Assembly: GCA_964491925.1 (NCBI GenBank)
Contig: CAZBGZ010000004.1
Location: 23,529 to 87,528, forward strand
DNA from: an uncultured Candidatus Saccharibacteria bacterium
GTDB taxonomy: Bacteria > Patescibacteriota > Saccharimonadia > Saccharimonadales > JAGQNJ01
DNA: 64,000 nt
Direction of reading: 5' to 3'
A program made the translations under genes and the position numbers. The notes under the pieces were generated by a model, which had not been told where the DNA came from, searched no databases, and was given only the letters and a program-made list of their open reading frames with translations. Below, in pieces: positions 47,143 through 54,745 of this stretch (position 1 is the stretch's first letter; each line of letters begins with the position of its first letter).

Positions 47143-48342
47143 ATGAACAAATATAAACGCAATATCCGGCTGTACGGGGTTATAAAAATATTTACAAAAA
47201 GAGTGTTTTTGCCCTTAACAACTATATATCTAGTTGAAGTTGGTGGTTTCTCGATTGCTCAGATTGGTTTGTTGGCAACACTAAGCGCTGTTGTATCCAT
47301 CATCGCAGAAATTCCAACAGGATACTTTGCTGACAGAATTAGTCGTAAATCTTCAGCAATGATTGGTGGGGCCATATGTACAATATCCGCGCTAATATTC
47401 GCTTTTTGGCCACATTTCCCTGGACCTCTGTTGGCAGTAAGTTTAGAATCTATCGGTTACGCGTTCCTGAGCGGAGCAGCTGAGGCACTGATTCACGATA
47501 CATTAGTAGATATGAAGCAGTCAGATAACTATGCCAAAGTTGCTGGTAGTGCACAATCATTCGGCCTTGTCGGCAATACAGTTTTAGTTGCTCTGGTTCC
47601 GCTTAGTTACAGTATAGATAAGCGCTTACCATTTATTATGGGCGCTTTGGCATATTCTCTATTGATATTCACGGCGTCACTGCTACGAGAGCCACCGAGG
47701 GAACAGCGGGTTAGCCTTCATGAAAATCCAGTGAAAGACCTACTGATGAATCTGCGGGTTTTTGTGTTCCGCTCTACGATTCTAATGTTTATGGCAATTG
47801 GTATTTTGTATGGTCTTTACGGGGCGAGTTCGGACTTTACCAATCTGATTTTTAAAGACCTAGGGGCTAACCCAAGTTATCTAGGTTTTGCGTTTGCAGC
47901 CTCTAGTATTGTTGGTATTATTGGTGGCTATTTTATCCATTTACTACGAAACATTAGCTTGCGGACCTATGCACTGATGGATACGTTTGTTTTTTGCAGC
48001 TATGCTCTTGCCATCGGATTTACTCAAAATTTAGCTGTTGCTATCGTAGGATTCATCATAAGCATGGGTTGGTGGCGACTTCGCAATATCCTATATACTC
48101 ATCATCTGTTAACTTACTATAAAAATAGTAGCTACAAAGCAACCTTAATTTCAACTGTTGCCTTCTTTTATCGGCTGAACGAAGCTTGGCTGCCATTTGT
48201 ATTTGTCGGTACTATTGGGGCTGTTGGTTACTACGTTGGCTACATATGGATAGGCGTCGTGGGTGCTGTTGTGTTGGTGCCACTATTCATAATCGGGGCC
48301 AATATAATGGCCCATCATTTTCAAAAATACTCTGTCAACTAG
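47143..48342 (+). CDS. MFS transporter
   Basis: About 400 aa and about 12 predicted TM helices. GYFADRISRK loop motif. Start ATG 47143 (MNKYKRN...) preferred over TTG 47059. Confidence 0.8.
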   Translation: MNKYKRNIRLYGVIKIFTKRVFLPLTTIYLVEVGGFSIAQIGLLATLSAVVSIIAEIPTGYFADRISRKSSAMIGGAICTISALIFAFWPHFPGPLLAVSLESIGYAFLSGAAEALIHDTLVDMKQSDNYAKVAGSAQSFGLVGNTVLVALVPLSYSIDKRLPFIMGALAYSLLIFTASLLREPPREQRVSLHENPVKDLLMNLRVFVFRSTILMFMAIGILYGLYGASSDFTNLIFKDLGANPSYLGFAFAASSIVGIIGGYFIHLLRNISLRTYALMDTFVFCSYALAIGFTQNLAVAIVGFIISMGWWRLRNILYTHHLLTYYKNSSYKATLISTVAFFYRLNEAWLPFVFVGTIGAVGYYVGYIWIGVVGAVVLVPLFIIGANIMAHHFQKYSVN

Positions 48343-48346
48343 GTTA

Positions 48347-48760
48347 TTAGATAATCTTATTGTCGTATAGATAATTTAATAAATTTGTTTGCACGGGGTT
48401 TTCAAACTCTTTGATTGCTTTTGCTAGGGGCAACCACTGATATTCACTATGCTCAAAACTGAGTATCACTTCCGGTTTTGCGACGGGTGCCGAGAAATGT
48501 AACCAAATCACATTAGCGCCGTTAATAATTGCTACATTGGTATGCACGAGCCTAAAATCACGATGATCGACAGCGATGCCAGTTTCTTCCAGAACTTCTC
48601 TTGAAACAGACTTGGCAAAATTTTCATCATTTGGTTCAACCCCACCGCCGGGCAAATCCCATTGAAGTGGCCTGCGTGGCGCTGTCTTGGACCGACGAAC
48701 TATCAGTATTTCGTCTTTTTCGTTTATTAGAACTGCTTTCGTAACAATTTCAGTTTCCAT
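48347..48760 (-). CDS. NUDIX hydrolase
   Basis: 137 aa. Nudix box GGGVEPNDENFAKSVSREVLEETGI. Confidence 0.88.
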   Translation of the reverse strand: METEIVTKAVLINEKDEILIVRRSKTAPRRPLQWDLPGGGVEPNDENFAKSVSREVLEETGIAVDHRDFRLVHTNVAIINGANVIWLHFSAPVAKPEVILSFEHSEYQWLPLAKAIKEFENPVQTNLLNYLYDNKII

Positions 48761-48794
48761 AGTAAAGTTGTAGGGTTGAATTAGTGGAGCTTGA

Positions 48795-49328
48795 TTAACT
48801 CTCGTTTTTCCAACGTTCTATGCATTCTTTGATTGTGCTTTTTGCCTCTTTCGCATCACCCCAACCCAGGACTTTTGTGCTGCCAGGTTTTTTTAGATCT
48901 TTGTAGTGGTTAAAATGATGTTCTAACTGTTTTATGTACTGCGGGCTTAGGTCGTCTAGTGTTTTAATCGAATCACCAGTATCGCGGTCATCTGCCGGTA
49001 CAACAACAACTTTGTGATCCATATCACCGTCATCTTCAAAGTTCATAATCCCAATTATCCGCGCTTCTAGAAAAACACCCGTTGAAACAGCTTCATCACA
49101 AATTAGCAACACGTCTAACTCATCGCCATCTTCATCTAGAGTCTGCGGGATAAAGCCGTAATTGCAAGGTTTTGAGAAAATACCTGGCTCTACACGGTCT
49201 AATTGAAAAATTGCTAGTTTGCGATTGTATTCTACTTTTAGATTGGAACCTTTCCCTATTTCATTAACGACGTTAATAATGCCGTTATCTACGTCGCCAG
49301 CATCTAATATCTTATTGTAGTCAGCCAT
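48795..49328 (-). CDS. ppa: inorganic pyrophosphatase (family I)
   Basis: 177 aa. YGFIPQTLDEDGDELDVLLI, HKVVVVPADD. AAGGAG Shine-Dalgarno. Confidence 0.92.
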   Translation of the reverse strand: MADYNKILDAGDVDNGIINVVNEIGKGSNLKVEYNRKLAIFQLDRVEPGIFSKPCNYGFIPQTLDEDGDELDVLLICDEAVSTGVFLEARIIGIMNFEDDGDMDHKVVVVPADDRDTGDSIKTLDDLSPQYIKQLEHHFNHYKDLKKPGSTKVLGWGDAKEAKSTIKECIERWKNES

Positions 49329-49379
49329 TCTTTGCTCCTTTTAGTACATTTTATAGTGTAAACTAGGAGTAATTGTATC

Positions 49380-49463
49380 ATGAAATCAATAAGAAATAAC
49401 CTGGGTCTCATCTGTTGGTTGGCGCTAAACTCCCAAACTTCTTGTGGTGGTCTGGTCGTATGA
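49380..49463 (+). CDS. 27-codon upstream ORF, signal-peptide-like, ending in an ATGA overlap with the GDPD start
   Basis: MKSIRNNLGLICWLALNSQTSCGGLVV. AGGAG at 49365-49369. Its TGA (49461-49463) overlaps ATG 49460. Confidence 0.25.
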   Translation: MKSIRNNLGLICWLALNSQTSCGGLVV

Positions 49464-50125
49464 AAATAATTGGGCACAGAGGTGCAGCTGGACTGGCGCT
49501 AGAAAATACTATTGAAAGCATCAAGCAAGGTATTAAATCTCAGGCATCGTATATCGAGATAGATGTTCATCAGACAAAAGACGGCGTTCTGGTTCTTAGT
49601 CACGATGATAACCTGAAACGAACTTTTGGAGTCGACACGAAGGTGACGGACAGCACCATCGCCGAGCTTCAAAAAATAGCACCAGAACTTCCCACGTTAG
49701 AATCGGCGCTAAAAGAGTGCAAGACAGAGGGAGTAATAGTAGAGCTAAAACACTACATTGAACCGGGCGAAATTATTGCCATGATCAAAAAGTACCCCAA
49801 ACTAGATATTAGGGTTGCTTCTTTCAATCACAGCGTACTCCGCGACCTGAAAAAAGCAGACCCAAAAGTTTTTTGTTATGTTCTAGAACGACACAGCCCT
49901 TTTGAAATAGTTAACTTTGCTAGCGGGATGAAAGCTGACGGTATTGGACTTAGCTATAGTCTATTGAACCCTATCACTTATCACCTGGCGAAACGGAAGA
50001 AATTACACATATACATATGGACCGTAGACAAACCGTGGATAGCTCGTATTTACGCACGCCTATATAAAGATGTCTACATCTGTTCCAACTACCCAGAGTT
50101 GATGAAAAAAATCTTTAAAAAATAA
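49460..50125 (+). CDS. glycerophosphodiester phosphodiesterase (GDPD family)
   Basis: MKIIGHRGAAGLALENT...EIDVHQTKDGVLVLSHD. The ORF-track TTG 49415 extension is not convincing. Confidence 0.88.
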   Translation: MKIIGHRGAAGLALENTIESIKQGIKSQASYIEIDVHQTKDGVLVLSHDDNLKRTFGVDTKVTDSTIAELQKIAPELPTLESALKECKTEGVIVELKHYIEPGEIIAMIKKYPKLDIRVASFNHSVLRDLKKADPKVFCYVLERHSPFEIVNFASGMKADGIGLSYSLLNPITYHLAKRKKLHIYIWTVDKPWIARIYARLYKDVYICSNYPELMKKIFKK

Positions 50126-50135
50126 CAAATAGATA

Positions 50136-51080
50136 TTAAGCTGTTGCGATATGCGTGGTGGATTCAAGGAATTCTCGGATGCGCAGGGCTGCGGTCGCGC
50201 CCTCACCTACTGCACTGGCAATCTGCATAGTTGCCCCAGACCGTACATCGCCGGCTGCGAAAACACCGTTCATGCTGGTTTTTAGACCTTGCTCGGCAAT
50301 AACAAATCCTATTTCATCTAGTCGCACTTCTGTGTCTTTCAAAAATGCTGTGTTTGGCTTTAACCCGACAAAAACAAATACTCCGTCAATATCGAACGAC
50401 ACTTTTTTACCATCTTTTGTGCCCGTAACGCTTACGACAACGTTGTCCTTTGCCACTATTTCATCAGTTGTGGTGCCCTCATGAACTGTAATCTTACTGT
50501 TCTTTTTTAACTCTCGTAGCAATACATCCGATGCTTTTAGCGTACTGCGAACTAATAAATCAATGTGGCTGGCGAATTTAGTCAAAAACAATGCTTCTTG
50601 TACTGCTGAGTTCCCCCCGCCTACGACAACTAACTTTTTGTCACGGTAAAATGCACCGTCACACGTGGCACAGTAATGTACCCCTCGTGCAAAGTACTCA
50701 GCCTCTCCAGGTACTCCAATTTTTTTGTAGTCTGTACCAGTAGCGATTAGTACCGCCATGGCCTTTACAGGGCCGTCAGTGGTGTCTAAAACACGGTAAT
50801 CACCGGCATCCTTGATAGACAAGACTTCACCCAGCTGAATATCGGCTCCAAAACGCTCGGCTTGCTTGCGAAGTTCTTCTGCTAGATCAAGTCCGGAAAT
50901 ACCTTTTGAGAAACCCGGGTAATTATCAACCCAGTCCGTAATTGCGGCCAGGCCACCAGGTACCCCTTTTTCGTATAATACCGTATCAAGGTCTTCGCGT
51001 GTCGTATAAATAGCCGCAGCAAGAGCCGCCGGCCCAGCCCCAACTATCACCAAATCATGAATCTTTTTATCTTCCGCCAT
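50136..51080 (-). CDS. trxB: thioredoxin-disulfide reductase
   Basis: 314 aa. GAGPAA FAD loop, CATCDG redox site, GGGNSA NADPH loop. Confidence 0.94.
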   Translation of the reverse strand: MAEDKKIHDLVIVGAGPAALAAAIYTTREDLDTVLYEKGVPGGLAAITDWVDNYPGFSKGISGLDLAEELRKQAERFGADIQLGEVLSIKDAGDYRVLDTTDGPVKAMAVLIATGTDYKKIGVPGEAEYFARGVHYCATCDGAFYRDKKLVVVGGGNSAVQEALFLTKFASHIDLLVRSTLKASDVLLRELKKNSKITVHEGTTTDEIVAKDNVVVSVTGTKDGKKVSFDIDGVFVFVGLKPNTAFLKDTEVRLDEIGFVIAEQGLKTSMNGVFAAGDVRSGATMQIASAVGEGATAALRIREFLESTTHIATA

Positions 51081-51173
51081 ATTAGTCTCTATATTTTAAT
51101 CGAAATAATTATTTTTAGCTAGGGTCTCGAGGCTGCGAATAGGCCAATGTGCTTCGTAAAACTATTCGTAAAA

Positions 51174-51470
51174 CTATGGTGCGATGGGCGTGCCATTTTC
51201 GGACATAGTCTGAATACAGGCGAGTGCTTTGTCGTAGTAGGCATCAACAACAGAATTCCCAACCACTTCTATGGGTAATCGTTTAATGGGTTCGTCTGGA
51301 CCAGGGAACATCGATATATCTCTGCCTTGCGCTACCCTGAGTAGAACCACCGAATTGTCCATTGCTGTTCGAGCGCAATATGTTTTAGCCTCCCCCTTTT
51401 TAAACTCTACGGGGACCCCACGGTACTCGCAACCGTCGCAATAAGGTATAGGTAAACGCGTCTCATTCAT
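51174..51470 (-). CDS. hypothetical protein (orphan, 98 aa) with N-terminal CxxC
   Basis: MNETRLPIPYCDGCEYRG... plus two more Cys. TTGATG-17-TATCAT sits 6 nt before the ATG. Confidence 0.5.
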   Translation of the reverse strand: MNETRLPIPYCDGCEYRGVPVEFKKGEAKTYCARTAMDNSVVLLRVAQGRDISMFPGPDEPIKRLPIEVVGNSVVDAYYDKALACIQTMSENGTPIAP

Positions 51471-51583
51471 AAAAATATGATATCATATTTTCAAGCATAC
51501 ATCAACTATGCAGTATTTCCCCAACTTGTAGTAGGTTAGAAATGGAACGCTCGCCGCAGTAATGTGCCACCGTCGAATAATGA

Positions 51584-51702
51584 GGTTGCTTTTCTGTTAG
51601 TAGAGTGTACGGATGGCCGAGGAACGCAAACGAGACGTACTAGAGGTACGTTGAAGTGCGTAGCACAGAGCCAGACACAGCAATCTGCAACAGAAAACAA
51701 TC
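51584..51702. ncRNA. candidate structured RNA element (~119 nt, nested helices), strand undetermined
   Basis: Closing helix 51586-51598 / 51689-51700 (12 bp, one bulge). Inner helix GTGT..TGGC / GCCA..ACAC (51605-51617 / 51670-51678). Hairpins 51635-51651 and 51656-51666. No ORF. Confidence 0.2.
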
Positions 51703-51951
51703 TCAGCCGAGGGCGGGGGCTAGTTTTGCTAGATTGTAACCAACTACAACTTCCCTAGAATCATCTTGCTTCGTAACAACTGTTACGGGGACGGTCATAG
51801 CACCGCTCATCTCTAAGGCTTCTTTTTGCCTGCCTGGGTTTTCGTCTAGATTTACCTCAGAATATGTGTGACCCTTTGCTTTTAACCACTTTTTTACCAT
51901 TACGCAGTAGGCGCAGGTGTTAGTTGTATATATTGTGATGTCTTTCGGCAT
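51703..51951 (-). CDS. glutaredoxin-like / NrdH-like redoxin
   Basis: 82 aa. ITIYTTNTCAYCVMVKKWL (CxxC), TVPVTVV cis-Pro region. Confidence 0.85.
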   Translation of the reverse strand: MPKDITIYTTNTCAYCVMVKKWLKAKGHTYSEVNLDENPGRQKEALEMSGAMTVPVTVVTKQDDSREVVVGYNLAKLAPALG

Positions 51952-52078
51952 ATTTTCCCCTCATTATTGCATTTTTAGGGGCTTTTGAACCAAGTCTTCA
52001 CCTCACTGAAGCCTCGGTCTACCCTCAAAATATGCTGTTTTTATGTTTTGTTTAACGTACTTTTTACTTACAAAGTCT

Positions 52079-52107
52079 ATTGTATATAGCGTTCATGCTT
52101 ATGTCAA
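52079..52107 (-). promoter_or_regulatory. promoter TTGACA-17-TACAAT for the glutaredoxin-like gene (~120-nt leader)
   Basis: rc of 52102-52107 = TTGACA, rc of 52079-52084 = TACAAT, 17-nt spacer. The leader holds an imperfect hairpin whose G-U pairs only work on the minus strand. Confidence 0.5.
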
Positions 52108-52162
52108 CTACCCCACATGTTGTGTTTTTGTACATAAAAATGCTCTCTGGGCACCTCTGTAG

Positions 52163-52681
52163 CTATTTGCTGATTGCTACGAGTTCTATGTCAAAAACTA
52201 ACGGAGAATTAGCTGGGATATCAGCTGACGGAGATTGAGAGCCATAGGCGAGTTCTGCGGGTATTACTAAACGCCTTTTCCCACCTACTTTCATACCTGG
52301 AACGCCTTGTGTCCACCCCTTTATAACTTGGTCTAGACCAAATGTCGCTGGGTTACCAGAATCTAGAGAACTCTCAAAAATACTCCCTGTTGTGGCTACT
52401 GCACCAGTGTAGTGTGCCGTTATGGTGGCACCTGGCTTAACAACTTCGCCATTTCCAACCACCAAATCTGTTGATTCTAGTTTTGGTACGCTTGATACTG
52501 GCTGGTATCCCTGCAATTTCGTACCCTTTAATTTTGTTGCGTCTGTTTTTTGAGTTTCTTCCACTTTTTTGTTCTCCTGTGACATTTGCCATATTACGGC
52601 GCCGGTAAACCCAACACTAGTTAGTAAAAATAAGATTGCTGCACTTAGGGCAAACACTCTATGTATTTTCTTTGTTGCCAT
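52163..52681 (-). CDS. FKBP-type peptidyl-prolyl cis-trans isomerase, N-terminal TM/signal anchor
   Basis: 172 aa. VKPGATITAHYTGAVATTGSIFESS...FGLDQVIKGWTQGVPGMKVGGKRRLVIP. Confidence 0.9.
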   Translation of the reverse strand: MATKKIHRVFALSAAILFLLTSVGFTGAVIWQMSQENKKVEETQKTDATKLKGTKLQGYQPVSSVPKLESTDLVVGNGEVVKPGATITAHYTGAVATTGSIFESSLDSGNPATFGLDQVIKGWTQGVPGMKVGGKRRLVIPAELAYGSQSPSADIPANSPLVFDIELVAISK

Positions 52682-52839
52682 TTATTCTCCCTTTATTGTA
52701 AAAGTTAGTATAGCTTATACATGGCTGATTCAGAAACAATATAAGAGAGTGACACTATTGCTAAAAAAATAACAAGATACAGATGAGCTCACTAGTGTCG
52801 TGAGAATTTAGTAACCAGTAGAATCTATTTTGTTGAAGT

Positions 52840-52899
52840 CTATTCTGTTGGTGGATGCATAGCTACAGGAGGGACGCCTTCTACACACCTGGCAGCCAT
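52840..52899 (-). CDS. 19-codon upstream ORF with two Pro-Pro motifs in the FKBP leader
   Basis: MAARCVEGVPPVAMHPPTE. AGGAG (rc of 52906-52910) 6 nt before ATG 52899. About 27 nt downstream of a consensus promoter. Confidence 0.2.
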   Translation of the reverse strand: MAARCVEGVPPVAMHPPTE

Positions 52900-52932
52900 T
52901 GACATCTCCTATAAATAACAATTAATAACACT

Positions 52933-52960
52933 ATTATAACGTATAACTAGTAATTGTCAA
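52933..52960 (-). promoter_or_regulatory. consensus promoter TTGACA-16-TATAAT immediately after the ABC exporter stop
   Basis: rc of 52955-52960 = TTGACA, rc of 52933-52938 = TATAAT. About 245 nt upstream of the FKBP ATG. Confidence 0.55.
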
Positions 52961-52975
52961 TATATAAAGCTCAAA

Positions 52976-54745
52976 TTAGGCCTTTATTTCAAACTCTTGC
53001 AGCTTCTTCTTGCTGGAATCAGTTTTGCCTTGTTGCAGTTTTAGTAATTGGGCGTAAATACCGTCTGTTTTCGCTAGCTGTTCGGGCGAACCCACCTCGT
53101 CAACTTGGCCGTTAGCCAAAGTGATTATTTGGTCTACATGCTGAATTGTACTCAGTCTGTGAGCGATTATTAGTGTAGTACGACCCTTCATTAGCCTTCG
53201 TAGGGCCTCTTGCACCATTGCTTCGCTCTTACTATCCAAACTGCTGGTAGCTTCGTCCAGAATCAAAATGGGAGCATTTTTAAGAAGTGCTCTGGCGATG
53301 GCTATGCGTTGTTTTTGGCCACCGGATAGTTTTAACCCACGCTCGCCAATCTCTGCCTGATAGCCTTTGTCGAACTTTTTAATAAATTCATGGGCATTGG
53401 CTGCTTTTGCCGCCGCTATGATATCTGCTTCTTTAGCGTTGGGATTAGAATAAGCAATATTCTCGCTTATTGTTCCACTAAAAAGCGCTGGATCCTGGAA
53501 AACTACACCAATGTTATCGCGCAAGCTTTTTTGGGTCACACTGTTGATATCTTGTCCGTCTATCAGAATTGCACCTTTTTGAGGCTCGTATAGTCGCATC
53601 AACAAATTGGTTATTGTTGTCTTCCCCTCGCCGCTCTCCCCAACTAGGGCAACTTTTGAATCTGGTTTTAGATCAAGATTAATTCCTTTTATTACAAGGT
53701 GGTCACTGTATCCAAACTCTACATTCTCGAAGGTAATTCTGCCTTTTTTGACAGCCAGCTTTTTGGCACCTTCAACATCGGAAATTTCCGGTTCTAGGTT
53801 CATTATTTCAAAATAATCTTTGCTGTCGGCTATGGCTTTTTGGGTGTTTTCAACCAGGAAACTAATGGTAAATATTGGAATACGTATCTGCATAGCATAC
53901 AAAATCAAGGCTACTGCTTGTCCAGGGCTAAAATGGCCGTTAACTGCTTGGACGAAAATCAGCAGATAAACAGCGTAGAAGATCACGTTTAGGATCACGC
54001 GTCGCTGTATATCCCTTTTGTGCCACAATTTTGACTGAGATTTTGCTATATTAACGGTTTTGTCGTAATGACGACGGAAAAAATTGAGTTCGTGTTTTTC
54101 CTGAATGAAGCTTTTTACTACTTTTATTTGGCTTATGGATTCTGCAAAACGCCCCGTAGCGATATCGAGGTTTTTATTGATTTTTGCCTGATATTTCATC
54201 CACTTACCACTGGTCTTGACCGTCATGAGAATGTATATCGGGTAGAGAGCAAACAACAGCAGAGCTATGGGAACGCTGTAATAGGCAATTATTATAAGTG
54301 CAAAAACTGTACTAAAAACAAACTGTAAAAAGTTGTTGCTCCACATCTGCATAAAATTGCTGACTTGAGCAATGGAACGGTTGAGGCGGTTGATAATCTT
54401 TCCAGATAGCTCTGTATCAAAGTAGTTTTGGGGAAGACTCAGCAAATGTTGATAATAGCGCCGACTTAGTAACCTCTGAAGCTTTACCCCCATTCTGTCG
54501 CCAAAATACCCCCCGATGTTACTCAACAAAGTAGATGCTACATCTAGTAGGAAAATACCGGTTGCTAGCATTACGACATAACGAACATTGCCGGTAGTGC
54601 CAACCTTGATGGTGTCTATTGCTCGTCCGCTCAGCATTGGTATCAGCAAGCCGGTCAGAGCAACCAATATTGATATAAAACTAACGGTGATGTAATAGGG
54701 CCACAGCTGGCGGGTAAACTTTATGATTCGCCAGATGTGTTTCAT
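52976..54745 (-). CDS. ABC exporter, fused permease/ATPase (MsbA/ABCB type)
   Basis: 589 aa. Six TM helices, Walker A GESGEGKTT, signature LSGGQKQR, Walker B ILILDEATS. Confidence 0.92.
   Translation of the reverse strand: MKHIWRIIKFTRQLWPYYITVSFISILVALTGLLIPMLSGRAIDTIKVGTTGNVRYVVMLATGIFLLDVASTLLSNIGGYFGDRMGVKLQRLLSRRYYQHLLSLPQNYFDTELSGKIINRLNRSIAQVSNFMQMWSNNFLQFVFSTVFALIIIAYYSVPIALLLFALYPIYILMTVKTSGKWMKYQAKINKNLDIATGRFAESISQIKVVKSFIQEKHELNFFRRHYDKTVNIAKSQSKLWHKRDIQRRVILNVIFYAVYLLIFVQAVNGHFSPGQAVALILYAMQIRIPIFTISFLVENTQKAIADSKDYFEIMNLEPEISDVEGAKKLAVKKGRITFENVEFGYSDHLVIKGINLDLKPDSKVALVGESGEGKTTITNLLMRLYEPQKGAILIDGQDINSVTQKSLRDNIGVVFQDPALFSGTISENIAYSNPNAKEADIIAAAKAANAHEFIKKFDKGYQAEIGERGLKLSGGQKQRIAIARALLKNAPILILDEATSSLDSKSEAMVQEALRRLMKGRTTLIIAHRLSTIQHVDQIITLANGQVDEVGSPEQLAKTDGIYAQLLKLQQGKTDSSKKKLQEFEIKA

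Noticed and set aside
51584-51702. Reading the ~119-nt structured element as an unlinked 5S rRNA. The length and the terminal helix fit, and GAAGTGCGTAGC faintly recalls 5S.
   Set aside because: The conserved 5S motifs are absent (CCGAAC loop C, GATGGTAGT, GAGAGTAGG). The helix topology is nested hairpins inside a second helix, not the three-way 5S junction.
51714-51740. GGGGGCTAGTTTTGCTAGATTG resembling a tmRNA 5' end.
   Set aside because: It lies inside the well-supported glutaredoxin-like CDS on the opposite strand. No tRNA-like 3' end or tag reading frame follows.
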